Part shown: positions 1-9,733 of the stretch, in pieces
How positions within the stretch are numbered: position 1 is the stretch's first letter
Layout of the letters: each line of letters opens with the position of its first letter
From: a virus
Lineage: Duplodnaviria; Caudoviricetes
DNA: 61,434 nucleotides
Strand: one strand, 5' to 3'
Virus record (IMG/VR): IMGVR_UViG_3300020578_000074
Location: 1-61,434 of that record
Translations under genes and position numbers: made by a program
Notes under the pieces: generated by a model
Database searches by the model: none
What the model saw: only the letters and a program-made list of their open reading frames with translations
What the model was told of the DNA's origin: nothing

Positions 1-2
1 TT

Positions 3-365
3 GAGGATCAGAATGAAACCACCTTAGAGGGAGAGGAGGGAGAAGAGAATGAAGAGGGGGTTATGAAGAAGCGTAAGAATGTCCACCCGACTGTGAAGCC
101 GATAGATGTGATGGAGTGGTGTGCGAGGGACATAGGTACGCACAAGCTAGTGGTAGACCCATTCTTAGGGAGTGGAACTACGGGGTGTGCGATGTCTCGT
201 CTTGGACATGACTTTGTGGGGATAGAGTTACAGCCTGAGTACGCGAGGATATGTGAGGCTCGGATCAGGCATTGGAGCCCTATCGGGACGGAGATCAAGT
301 CTGAGGCGGGTGTGGGGAAAACGGAAGATAAGCGTGGGGGTATGTGTTCAATCTTTGACTTCTGA
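3..365 (+). CDS. DNA methyltransferase (N6A/N4C beta-type), 3' part; 5' end lies outside the window
   Basis: HPTVKP, DPFLGSGTTG (motif I) and GIEL motifs; frame open from base 3. Confidence 0.85.
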   Translation, partial: EDQNETTLEGEEGEENEEGVMKKRKNVHPTVKPIDVMEWCARDIGTHKLVVDPFLGSGTTGCAMSRLGHDFVGIELQPEYARICEARIRHWSPIGTEIKSEAGVGKTEDKRGGMCSIFDF

Positions 366-422
366 TTTTCGGATAATTCATAAGGGGGTGGTGGATGAAC
401 CGCTGAGAACAGGAGTGAGAAG

Positions 423-1139
423 ATGATACTTGGATTAGACCCATCGCTGAGAAACTTTGGTTGGGTGTTAATAACGGATGAGGGGGAGTATTTGGATAAA
501 GGGATGATGGGAACAGAGGCGGATATGGTGTTTGTGGAGAGGTACATATATTTGAGAGAGGGTCTGAGAAAGGTGGTTCAGACTATCCGAAGCAAGTATC
601 CGAAAGTGGAGTTGAGGGTAGGTATTGAGTCTCCCATTTTCAACGACTTGTACTCAGAGGGTATGTACGGATTATTTCTCTACTCGAATGAGGCGTTGAT
701 GTTGGAGGGATTGGATACGGTGTATTTAACGCCGAATCAGGTAAAGGCTCACGCACATATGTATTTGAATAGACCGAAGGGTTGGAAGATGCAGAAGGCG
801 GATATGGTGGAGGCTGCGAAGAAGGCGACAGATGGTCAAGGGGCGAAGGGGTGGAATCACCATCAGGCAGATGCGTATTGGGTAGGGAGGACAGCGGGGA
901 GATTTTGGCAGTTGGTGGAGGGGAAGATAGAGATTGCTGATTTATCCGATTTAGAGAGGAAGCATTTTACGGATTTAGAGAGGTATGTTCAGGGTAAGAA
1001 GGCAGGTAGGGTAAAGCGTATGGGACTGACGCATAAAGAAGATGATCGTTACTTTAGGTGGTCGAGTAATCCTATAACAACCGAGGCACAGGGTTCTATT
1101 GTGGAGCCCTCTAACACTCATGGAGCGGATGATGAGTAA
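423..1139 (+). CDS. ruvC: RuvC-like Holliday junction resolvase
   Basis: N-terminal ILGLDPSLRNFGW, GIE acidic residue, TPNQVK, K-x-DM, C-terminal ADAY; AGGAG RBS. Confidence 0.8.
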   Translation: MILGLDPSLRNFGWVLITDEGEYLDKGMMGTEADMVFVERYIYLREGLRKVVQTIRSKYPKVELRVGIESPIFNDLYSEGMYGLFLYSNEALMLEGLDTVYLTPNQVKAHAHMYLNRPKGWKMQKADMVEAAKKATDGQGAKGWNHHQADAYWVGRTAGRFWQLVEGKIEIADLSDLERKHFTDLERYVQGKKAGRVKRMGLTHKEDDRYFRWSSNPITTEAQGSIVEPSNTHGADDE

Positions 1140-2358
1140 GGCGATAAGCACGAAGAAGGCAGAGGGCGTAGCGACAGCCCTGAATAAGCGAGCGGATTTG
1201 ATGGGAACCTTGAAAGAGGTTGAGAAGGGAACTAAGGATAGTTCCCTTGTGGAGCTAGACCCTGCATCATTGACAAGTTCAATGCCTCACATTTCAACAG
1301 GGTCGGTGGCACTTGATTATCTGATTGGAGGTAAGGAAAACGCACAGGGTGTTCGTCCGTGTCCGGGTATTCCGCGAGGACGGATTACGAACATCTACGG
1401 TATGGCGGGAGCGGGCAAGACCACGATTGCGTTGCAGACAGCGGCGAGCGTTTGTGCGGAGGGGGGGACTTGTGTGTACATAGATTGGGAGAACGAGGTT
1501 GAACCTCGTTATGCTTCTGTGTTGGGAGTACCTGTAACGGATAAACAGCGTTTTCTTTTGCTTCAGCCTGAGACGCTTGAGCAGGGCTTCAAGTTGATGG
1601 TGAAGTTTGCTCATGCAGGTGTGGATTTAATTGTGGTGGACTCAGTTGGTGCGGGTGTACCCGAAGCGATGTTTAAGAAGGAAGCAGAGCAGGGTGGTGT
1701 TGGTTTGTTGGCTCGTCAATGGTCTCAGTTCTTGCCTCTTTTTAAGCGTGTTATTGCAGTATCCAATACTGCGGTGATTGGTATTTCTCAGTTGCGTGAG
1801 GCGATTGGTGGTATGCCGGGGTTTGGAGCTGGACCCACCAAAAAACCTCAAGGTGGTCAAGCGTGGACTTTCTATTCCACTCTCAAGATCATGTTGACCG
1901 TTATTGGTAAAGACAAGGGTAAGGAATGGGACGGCTTACAGAACAAGATGATTGAGTCCGTTAAGGGCAATATCGTTAAAGCCGCATTGGATAAGTGCAA
2001 GGTGTCCGACTCGTACAAGCATGAGGCTCAGTTTTATCTGATGTCGGGTAAGGGTGTCGATAATGAGCGGACGGTATTGGATTTGGCTATCGCGACAAAT
2101 ATCGTAGTTAAAAAGGGTGCTTGGTTCTCTTGGATGGGACCGCAGGGTGAAGTTAGAGGTCAAGGTCTTGAAGGCTTTAGAGCTAATATGCCCAACGATT
2201 GGCTCGATTATATGTTCGCTCAGGTTAAACCCTTCCTTACAGCCAAGAAGAACGAACCCGAAGCAGGGACTCTTGGTTCTAGTGGTGTCGAGTTAACTGA
2301 TGATGCCGCTGATGCCTTGAGCGAGCTTGACGCTATGTTCGGGGAAGATGACGAGTAA
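1129..2358 (+). CDS. recA: RecA/UvsX recombinase
   Basis: ISTGSVALD, Walker A GMAGAGKTT, IVVDSV, ISQLRE, GGQAWTFYS, KKGAWFS. Confidence 0.95.
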   Translation: MMSKAISTKKAEGVATALNKRADLMGTLKEVEKGTKDSSLVELDPASLTSSMPHISTGSVALDYLIGGKENAQGVRPCPGIPRGRITNIYGMAGAGKTTIALQTAASVCAEGGTCVYIDWENEVEPRYASVLGVPVTDKQRFLLLQPETLEQGFKLMVKFAHAGVDLIVVDSVGAGVPEAMFKKEAEQGGVGLLARQWSQFLPLFKRVIAVSNTAVIGISQLREAIGGMPGFGAGPTKKPQGGQAWTFYSTLKIMLTVIGKDKGKEWDGLQNKMIESVKGNIVKAALDKCKVSDSYKHEAQFYLMSGKGVDNERTVLDLAIATNIVVKKGAWFSWMGPQGEVRGQGLEGFRANMPNDWLDYMFAQVKPFLTAKKNEPEAGTLGSSGVELTDDAADALSELDAMFGEDDE

Positions 2359-2374
2359 GACAACACCCTTTAGA

Positions 2375-2432
2375 GGATAAAAAGAAACAGCCCCTTATCC
2401 AATCTCAGATAAGGGGCTGTTTCTTTTTATCC
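2375..2432. terminator. Bidirectional intrinsic terminator between convergent genes
   Basis: Perfect 25-bp inverted repeat 2375-2399/2408-2432 containing A- and T-tracts. Confidence 0.85.
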
Positions 2433-2483
2433 CTGCGGAAAGGATCAGTTTCTTATCCCCCCGCCCTGAAAGTTAATGTTCTC

Positions 2484-2975
2484 TCACCTACGAGCGGGGC
2501 TCTTTGGCACAGCCGTAATATTAGGCTGCTGAGACTGCGACGCCGCGTGATCCAACGAAGAATATGCTTCGGTTACAGCTTTCTTCATCGACAAAGTGTC
2601 CTTCTTAAAATTTGTCATAAGACTTACAACAGCGTTAAGTTGTTCTAAGTAATCTTTTCTACCATACTCAACATTCAGAGATGTGCTATTTTGCACCTCT
2701 CTGATCCCTTTGTTTATAACCAAAAGGCACTCGGTTATCCCCGCCAACATGAGCCCTGAAGTTTCAAGTAAGTCGGTAAAGTCATTCCTAATAGGACGGC
2801 TAACATCCGCAGGCCCTGGAGTGTATGCATAATCTACTTGCGGTATGCGATCATCCCTCCAATCTCTATCCTTGGGGAGGGGGCGACTCTTAAAACCGAG
2901 GGCGGCGGTACGACCTTCAAGGTCAGCAATCCGACCTTCAAGGTGACGGATAACATCAGCAGCACTTCTTCTCAT
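2484..2975 (-). CDS. Hypothetical protein with shared RTASE/RIARLE-type leader
   Basis: Starts MRRSAADVIRHLEGRIADLEGRTAA; GGAG RBS; TAATCCTTTTAT upstream (3040-3051). Confidence 0.8.
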   Translation of the reverse strand: MRRSAADVIRHLEGRIADLEGRTAALGFKSRPLPKDRDWRDDRIPQVDYAYTPGPADVSRPIRNDFTDLLETSGLMLAGITECLLVINKGIREVQNSTSLNVEYGRKDYLEQLNAVVSLMTNFKKDTLSMKKAVTEAYSSLDHAASQSQQPNITAVPKSPARR

Positions 2976-3055
2976 GATCAAGTCTCCAATATCGGGTTAA
3001 TGGATAGGGATTTATCCAATACTCACGCTTGGAGATAATATAAAAGGATTATTAA

Positions 3056-3508
3056 TTAGCGTCTATTCCTCGCTACTAATTTTGCCATCTCACGGAGAGC
3101 ATCATCTTCATCCGTCCTAGGATCAATTTCTTCAGCGAGTAGAAAGTAGCGGACCAAATCTCTCCTATCCCAACCTTCGGATATTTTCCGCTTAATATCT
3201 TTTTCTACCATCTTAATGCCCCTCATTCCATCGTAAGACCCGTAGTCATTTTCTTCAGCCCAAGCCTCAATGCTCTTGGTGCTGCGTCTAACAAAGTCCT
3301 GTAGGGCATCAACAACGCTAAAAAAGATGTCCTCGGCACGCTCGGCACGCTTATCATCATAAGGCTCATAGCGATCATCTCTCATCTCGCCTGTGTCGCG
3401 GGCATCGTAGTTGTCGGGGCGACCATAAGCGGTCTTGGTACGACCTTCGAGGCGGGCAACGCGAGCCTCAAGGCTTCTTAAAATCTCACCTGCGGTTCTT
3501 CTTATCAT
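3056..3508 (-). CDS. Hypothetical protein with shared leader
   Basis: Starts MIRRTAGEILRSLEARVARLEGRTKTAY; GGAG RBS; TAATCCCTTTAT upstream (3569-3580). Confidence 0.8.
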   Translation of the reverse strand: MIRRTAGEILRSLEARVARLEGRTKTAYGRPDNYDARDTGEMRDDRYEPYDDKRAERAEDIFFSVVDALQDFVRRSTKSIEAWAEENDYGSYDGMRGIKMVEKDIKRKISEGWDRRDLVRYFLLAEEIDPRTDEDDALREMAKLVARNRR

Positions 3509-3580
3509 GATCAGGGTCTCCAAAGGATTAATGGATAGGGATTTATCCAATACTCCCTTGGAGAGAATATAAAGGGATTA

Positions 3581-4546
3581 TTAAAGGTCACTCCAATCCC
3601 AATTCCCCGAAAGCCCATTACTATTGTAGTCGGATACGACACCCTCAAAAAAGTTCTTGAACGAATCACCACTTACGATCCAATCGAGCCATTTGAGTGG
3701 ATTATCCTTTTGCTTGAAGATGGGTTTGAGTCCGAGTTGGAGTAATCGTCTATCCGCGAGGTATCGGACATAGGTTTTAACTTCGGTAGCTTCAAGTCCT
3801 TGTAGTTGGACATTTCGGAACACGAGGTCTATGAGAGCATCTTCGAGTTCAACAGCTTTCTCATAATTGGTGTAGACGAATCGTTTGAGATCATCTTTAA
3901 CGATTTTTGGATTTTCCTCAATATAGGTGTGGAAAAGTTTGGTCATGCCTTCTACATGGACGGACTCATCTCGGATAGACCATTCCACGATTTCGCACAT
4001 ACCTTTCATTTTCCCAAAGCGTTGGAAGTTGAGAAGCATGACGAAAGCCGAGAAGAGGCTCATGCCTTCATTGCAGACGGAGCGAGCGAGTTCAAAAGCG
4101 AGGTGAGATTTCTTGGATAGTCCTGCGGGAGCTTGGGTCATGAATTCGATTTTATCTCGCATTTCTTTGAACTCTAGGAACAGGGAGTATTCGGACTCCG
4201 CCATACCTAAAGTGTCGTTCAAGAGAGCATAAGCCCTTTGGTGTGTTCCTTCCCGATTGGCAAAAGTGAGTAACATATTCCGCACTTCATTATTGGGAAA
4301 CGCAGGGATAAAGGTTGAGCAATAGTTCCCGCCGACCGCTACATCGCTCTGAGTGAATATCCGTAAAATCTGAGTGATGTGTTGTTTTTCTTCCTGCGTC
4401 ATGAGACCTGATTTCCATTGGTTTACATCGTCTTGAAGTTTGGCTTCCCAAGACCCCCAATGGATTTTCTCATGTTCTTCTGCGTACTGCATGGCCCATG
4501 GATACTTAAAGGGCTTGTAGGTGAGGCTAGGTTCGGTGAGACTCAT
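3581..4546 (-). CDS. nrdB: Ribonucleotide reductase class I small subunit
   Basis: YKPFKYPWA, FTQSD, EGTH, EG..LFSAF, RDESVH di-iron motifs, NFFE. Confidence 0.95.
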   Translation of the reverse strand: MSLTEPSLTYKPFKYPWAMQYAEEHEKIHWGSWEAKLQDDVNQWKSGLMTQEEKQHITQILRIFTQSDVAVGGNYCSTFIPAFPNNEVRNMLLTFANREGTHQRAYALLNDTLGMAESEYSLFLEFKEMRDKIEFMTQAPAGLSKKSHLAFELARSVCNEGMSLFSAFVMLLNFQRFGKMKGMCEIVEWSIRDESVHVEGMTKLFHTYIEENPKIVKDDLKRFVYTNYEKAVELEDALIDLVFRNVQLQGLEATEVKTYVRYLADRRLLQLGLKPIFKQKDNPLKWLDWIVSGDSFKNFFEGVVSDYNSNGLSGNWDWSDL

Positions 4547-4580
4547 ATTGGATAGTCCTGATGTGTGTGTGATTGTTTAG

Positions 4581-6284
4581 TTAGCCTTGGCAGCTAAGAC
4601 ATTCGTCTAGTTGTTCTTTGAGTGCTTTACGCTCAACCTTTTCGGATACTTTATCAGCGATAACACCTGCGGAGGTGCGTAGGTAATAAAGTCCTTTTAA
4701 GCCTTTCTTAAAAGCGGAGAGATGTACGGCATTAACATAGTTGACATCAGAGCCAGCGGGGAAGAAGAGGTTTACGGATTGTCCCTGACAAATCCATTCT
4801 TGTCTGACACCTGCGTGTTCAACAACCCACATTTGGTTTATTTCAAATGCGGTTTTAAAGACTTCTTTTTCCTGAGGACTGAGACAATCAAGATGCTGAA
4901 CGCTTCCTTGTTTGAGCGTAATATCTTGGATAGTTTCCTCGACATTTATGCCTTCTTTAGTTTCCAAGAGGGCTTTGAGATATTTATTGACCTGTAAGAA
5001 CGACCCCGCTCTTGTCCTGTGTGTGAACGCATTAGACTTCCATGGCTCGATTGAGGGAGAAGTATCCAATATGATAGCGGAGTTGGCATTAGGAGCGATG
5101 GCGAGTAGGTGAGAGTTTCTCAGTCCACTACCCAATCCATCAGGATATTCACCCTTGAGTTGGGCAAGTCTCTTACTTGAAGCCACAGCTCTCTCTTTGA
5201 TGTGGCTAAAGATATTTCTGTTTTGGATAGTTGCCCACATGGATTCAAAAGCGACCCCTTTCTTTTGAAGGTAGGAGTGGAAACCCATGGTGCCTAATCC
5301 CAAAGACCTTTCAGCTTTGGCTGAAGCGATAGCTTTGGATAGTTGTTTGGGGCAGTTGTCGATGAAGTACTGAAGCACATCGTCTAGGTACTCGATCAAG
5401 TCCTCGACTATCGTGGTGTCCTTCCACTCATCAAAATACTCAAGATTGAGAGAAGAAAGACAACACACCGCAGAGCGGTCGGGTGCCGTTGGGAGATGGA
5501 CTTCGTTACATAAGTTGGAGCCGTTTATCCTCAAACCCTTGTCCTTCAAGGGCTGTGGAAGATGGCGGTTCGCTGTGTCGATAAAGTTAAGATAAGGTTC
5601 CCCTGTCCTGAACCTTACTTCTAGGATGCGTTGCCATAACTCTCTCGCGTTAAGTGTGTCCCTTATTTCACCGCTCTTGGGGTCTTTCAAGTCCCATGTC
5701 CCTCCCTTGAAGACCTGTTCCATAAACGCATCGGTGATGTTGATCGCGTTGTTCAGAACAAAACACTTACGATTGGTGTCTCCCCCCGTGGGAACTCTTA
5801 AGTTTAAGAACTCCACAATATCGGGGTGAGAAATATCCAAATAGGCGGCATAAGAGCCTTTACGAGTAGAGCCTTGTTTGTAGGCACCCATATCAGCGTC
5901 CACGGTCTTGAGAAATGGAATCGGACCCGGAGACTTATTGGATACGGAACGGACACTTGACCAATGTCCTCCCACTCCGCCTCCCAAGACGCTCATCCAT
6001 CTCAGTTCTTCTGTGTGAGAAATAAGACCTTCTACTGAGTCGGGGACATAAGTAAGAAAACAGGATATCGGCATACCCTGTCCTTCTGCATTGGATAGTA
6101 TCGGAGAAGAAAACATAAACCAGCCCTTGGTGGCGTAGATATAGACCCTTTCGGCTAGTTCTTTATTCGGCGTAAAAGCGTAAGCCGCTCTTTTGAATGC
6201 CTGTAGGGCTGAAGTATCTTCCTCCTTCAAATAGTAACTATCCAATAGTGACTTCGCGTGTTGAGAAAAATGGAAAGTATCCAT
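4581..6284 (-). CDS. nrdA: Ribonucleotide reductase class I large subunit (no ATP cone)
   Basis: PISCFL, GSNLCNE catalytic motif, AIAPNANS, YYLR, C-terminal CLSCQG. Confidence 0.95.
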   Translation of the reverse strand: MDTFHFSQHAKSLLDSYYLKEEDTSALQAFKRAAYAFTPNKELAERVYIYATKGWFMFSSPILSNAEGQGMPISCFLTYVPDSVEGLISHTEELRWMSVLGGGVGGHWSSVRSVSNKSPGPIPFLKTVDADMGAYKQGSTRKGSYAAYLDISHPDIVEFLNLRVPTGGDTNRKCFVLNNAINITDAFMEQVFKGGTWDLKDPKSGEIRDTLNARELWQRILEVRFRTGEPYLNFIDTANRHLPQPLKDKGLRINGSNLCNEVHLPTAPDRSAVCCLSSLNLEYFDEWKDTTIVEDLIEYLDDVLQYFIDNCPKQLSKAIASAKAERSLGLGTMGFHSYLQKKGVAFESMWATIQNRNIFSHIKERAVASSKRLAQLKGEYPDGLGSGLRNSHLLAIAPNANSAIILDTSPSIEPWKSNAFTHRTRAGSFLQVNKYLKALLETKEGINVEETIQDITLKQGSVQHLDCLSPQEKEVFKTAFEINQMWVVEHAGVRQEWICQGQSVNLFFPAGSDVNYVNAVHLSAFKKGLKGLYYLRTSAGVIADKVSEKVERKALKEQLDECLSCQG

Positions 6285-6307
6285 TTAGAGGCTCCTTGTG
6301 GGGTCAT

Positions 6308-6346
6308 AAAAGAAAACCGACTTGCCTGAGGCTCAAGCAAGTCGGT
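6308..6346 (-). terminator. Intrinsic terminator downstream of holA
   Basis: ACCGACTTGC/GCAAGTCGGT stem followed by TTTCTTTT on the minus strand. Confidence 0.65.
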
Positions 6347-6393
6347 GAGTGGGATTGGGTGACTAGCCCATTTAGTGTGTAGCTCGGTCTTAT

Positions 6394-7329
6394 TTAAGCA
6401 CTAAAAACCTTGACCACTCCCGCCTTGAACTTTACCCAAGGTTCTCTGCCGCCGTTTCTAACATTGTCCTCACACCAATATAAATGACGCAGTAACTGCC
6501 TTATCCGTTTTACCCCAATTCGCTTTACTTTGGGGATGATCATGTTCTCTATGAACCAAGGATTTTTACCCAAATCCTCCGCTATCCTTGTGGCAGTCTG
6601 CTTACTCTCTAGTCTTAAACCGACATCTATCCATTGCACTAGATTGTAGAGCAACAATCCATTACAGACCGACATGGTTTGATCTGTGGAAGATGTGGTT
6701 TCGATGCGTGTACAGATTTTTAGAAAGTGCTTCATGTCGCCCATGGCGACAGCCTCAACCAACTCCGTCCCTTGTATTTCGCTCAGTTCAGATATACACC
6801 CTGACACAATTTGAGGTGTTATTTCTTTCTTACCCTGTTCCACACACATCATGTATTTTTTCGCCTCCCATCTTAATACCCCCAAATCCGTCCCCACTCG
6901 CTTCACCACGGCTAGTGCCAAATTCGCCTTTATTTCATAACCCGACTTCTCAATAATATCCATTAAGAACTTGCTCGCCCATTCTTTTTTTTCTGAGTCG
7001 TACTTCGGTTCATCTAGTTTCAGCGTCTGATAAGACTCTAGGGCTTTCGGAAGCCTATCATTCGACTGAACCACCAACACTTCTATTCCTGTTCCCACAC
7101 TATCCAATATCGAAGCTAACTTTTTAAGTTTTGTCGGATTATGGATAACCACGAATAGAGGATCGGTGTCGAAGAGTCCATGTTCAAGGGCAGTTGATAT
7201 TTCTTGTTCCGTGTGCGTCTTGCCATCTACTACTCGCACTTCATTACCCTTTGAGCGTTGCTCTTCCACTATCATTCCCACACGAAGAGTTATCCAATCT
7301 TCCGATGACCCATAAATCACTCTTATCAT
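6394..7329 (-). CDS. holA: DNA polymerase III delta-like clamp loader subunit
   Basis: IYG start, GLF motif, VGTDLGVLRWEAKK helix, delta-like size and layout; adjacent to the holB-like gene. Confidence 0.7.
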   Translation of the reverse strand: MIRVIYGSSEDWITLRVGMIVEEQRSKGNEVRVVDGKTHTEQEISTALEHGLFDTDPLFVVIHNPTKLKKLASILDSVGTGIEVLVVQSNDRLPKALESYQTLKLDEPKYDSEKKEWASKFLMDIIEKSGYEIKANLALAVVKRVGTDLGVLRWEAKKYMMCVEQGKKEITPQIVSGCISELSEIQGTELVEAVAMGDMKHFLKICTRIETTSSTDQTMSVCNGLLLYNLVQWIDVGLRLESKQTATRIAEDLGKNPWFIENMIIPKVKRIGVKRIRQLLRHLYWCEDNVRNGGREPWVKFKAGVVKVFSA

Positions 7330-7343
7330 GTGTGTGTCTCCGT

Positions 7344-7931
7344 TCAATAAGGGTCTAGTCCCAAGAAGTGTCCATACAGCGACACCTGCGTTATCTGTGG
7401 TCGCCTCAACAACCTCTTTAACTCCTCCGTATAAAATCTCAACTCCCCTCTCTTTACACTTACTTCCAATAACGCCTCCAAAATCCCCCTGTAATCCTCT
7501 TTTGTGAGGCTACCCACTACCCCACATACCCCCACTAGATCATCTTTCAATAGAGCCTCAAATAAACGCTCACCTTCATCATAAAGACGATGCCGAGAGG
7601 GAGGAGCAAAATGATATTTCTCTCCACAACGACTACGGATAGTTTCAGGGACTGATCCATAGTCATGAGCCCAAAGGATTAGATCGGGAGCACCAACATA
7701 GGGTTCTTCAATACGCTTTAGAAGGATATCTAATGTAGATGGATTAGCCTCGTCCAAAGGACCCGCTAGCAGAGTCGCGTTCCGATGGGGCCAGGTTTGG
7801 CTGTAAGCCTCCACCAAGTCTCTTATCTCTTCTGCCTTCAAGTCTTTGTACGGCGGTCTCACTAGTGTCCTGCCCTCCAAAAGATCACCTAGTCCTCTCT
7901 CCACTCCCAAACCATGATGTATCACTATCAC
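7344..7931 (-). CDS. holB: Truncated DNA polymerase III delta-prime-like subunit
   Basis: LLKRIEEP and PETIRSRC (SRC) motifs; GTG start with GGAG RBS. Confidence 0.7.
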   Translation of the reverse strand: MIVIHHGLGVERGLGDLLEGRTLVRPPYKDLKAEEIRDLVEAYSQTWPHRNATLLAGPLDEANPSTLDILLKRIEEPYVGAPDLILWAHDYGSVPETIRSRCGEKYHFAPPSRHRLYDEGERLFEALLKDDLVGVCGVVGSLTKEDYRGILEALLEVSVKRGELRFYTEELKRLLRRPQITQVSLYGHFLGLDPY

Positions 7932-8038
7932 TCTAGACTCCTTTCAGAGCGACGCAGGATGCGGCGGCTGTAGTTCGCGTTTAAGGGGGTTAATTGCCCC
8001 TGTAATCCTCTTTATAGAGCAAACCCTCACCCTCCCCC

Positions 8039-8067
8039 TTGCAATAGAGCAAATCTCTTTGTATAAG
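8039..8067 (+). promoter_or_regulatory. Sigma70-like promoter
   Basis: TTGCAA-17 bp-TATAAG with no downstream canonical ORF. Confidence 0.55.
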
Positions 8068-8073
8068 TGTCTA

Positions 8074-8380
8074 CAAGTTCACTTAGGGATCGTCCCCTAA
8101 GGCGTAGCCAAGTCACGAACGGCTAGACTCTTTGAAATCTAACCATCGCTAACCTGAAGGGGGTGGATACCCTTTAGGTTTCGACTAGGCTATGGGTAAC
8201 TCCCACTAAGAGGGATATGTCAGTTTCTGATACGCTCTTAGCGAACCCATAATCTCTGTTCATACGCTGAGGCTTAAGGACACCTGTCACTTAACGACAA
8301 GTTTCAAACAGCCCCTAGGGAGATGGATGGCTCTAATTACTTCCGTTAGAGGTCTTTGGTCTTTATGACCACCATCTAGT
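8074..8380 (+). ncRNA. Candidate structured non-coding RNA of unknown family
   Basis: Series of nested stems: 8082-8101, 8103-8114/8183-8194, 8151-8180, 8206-8241, 8321-8377; directly downstream of the promoter. Confidence 0.45.
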
Positions 8381-8384
8381 CTCT

Positions 8385-9500
8385 TACTCCGTATCCGTCT
8401 TTTATCCACCCTCTAAAGAACACAACCTACTAAACCCTGTCTTCTTTAGTTGTCCTCTCTTATCCAATAAGTATGGTCTTGGATAAGTACCCTCTTAACT
8501 ACTATCTTATCCATTAGGATATTGATCAGTCTAGTTATGTATCTCTTACTACTACTACTAGTAAGTACTTCTTCTTCTAGAAGACCAATAAGAGATAGAT
8601 AGCTCTACTAGAGCTTCTAGGGAATAGGACTTAAGACGGATACGAAGTATCGTCTAAGGACTATAGCCAATAAATACAAACAAACTATCCAATACAACTC
8701 AACAACCAACAACTCAACAACCAACTCAACAACCAACTCAACCGACAACTACTACAACTCAATCAACAACTACTAATACTCAAACAACCCCAACTAATAC
8801 TCAACCAACTACTCAACCTACTACTACTGCAACAACCTCTACTATAACCTCTACTACAATAATCCCTACTTCAACCTATACTCCGATTACTACTACTCCC
8901 CTATCAGCTATCACTCCCCTACCTACAACTCCCCTACCTACAACTATCCATACTTCAGCTTCTACTAGTACTCAGGTAACAACTTCAATCCATACTCAAC
9001 AACCTACTACTAGAAAACCTACTCAACAACAATCAACTCAACTACGGATAAAGTTACTAGCTACGGATAAGTTACTGAGTAAGTAAGACTCAGTAAGATG
9101 TCTCCTAGAGACTTCAAGCTAAGAAGACTTATTGTTGTAGTAAGTCTTACTCTAGATAAGAGAGATAAGATAATAGAGATAAGCGAAGATAAGAGAAATA
9201 AAACTTACTGAAGAATGGATAAGATTGGTGGTTGGATAAGAACCTACTGAGACAAGAACCTAGAGATAGAACCTACTGATAGAAGTCTAAAGACGGATAA
9301 GCTAGACTAAAGAATCTACAGTCGGATAAGAGGGATCAGTCGGATAAGAGGGATCAGGTATCTAAGAACCTACTGAGAGATAGATCAAAAGGTTCTCGGT
9401 CTACTGATGGAAGATAAACGGATAAAACCTTACTGATGGATAAGGTTCTAGGTGTCTATAGTCCACTAGGGAAACCTAGTGAAAAAGAAATCGACCAAGC
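8385..9500. other. Origin-like non-coding region
   Basis: Between divergent replication genes; local skew switch; C/A-rich core 8670-9050; GGATAA-containing and AAGAACCTACTGA repeats; 16/17 inverted repeat 8385-8401/8633-8649. Confidence 0.5.
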
Positions 9501-9733
9501 CCTACTGAGAGAAAAGGGAATCATGGGTTGGGTTATTAGGGGGGGTAAAGAGGCTTTATTGTTTTGAGCGTTCAGATGGGTCTATTTAAGTGTTTAAGGG
9601 CTATGGGTAGGGGTGTGGTAGGGGTTAAGGTTTATGGTGGTTGTTTTAGGGTTTATTGAGCGTTTAGTCTTTGGAGGTTGTGTGTGTTGGGGTTCTATAA
9701 GAGGAGGTGGAGAAGAAAGGAGGCAGTCAGATT

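Noticed and set aside
1129-6284. Inteins or introns in recA, nrdA, nrdB
   Set aside because: Proteins are normal or compact in length with contiguous motifs
8690-9450. CRISPR array in the repeat-rich non-coding region
   Set aside because: Repeats are short, irregular or tandem, with no constant repeat and unique equal-length spacers; no cas genes in the window
8385-9500. Canonical DnaA boxes
   Set aside because: Motifs share TTATCC but mostly continue AA, GA, GT or AT rather than ACA
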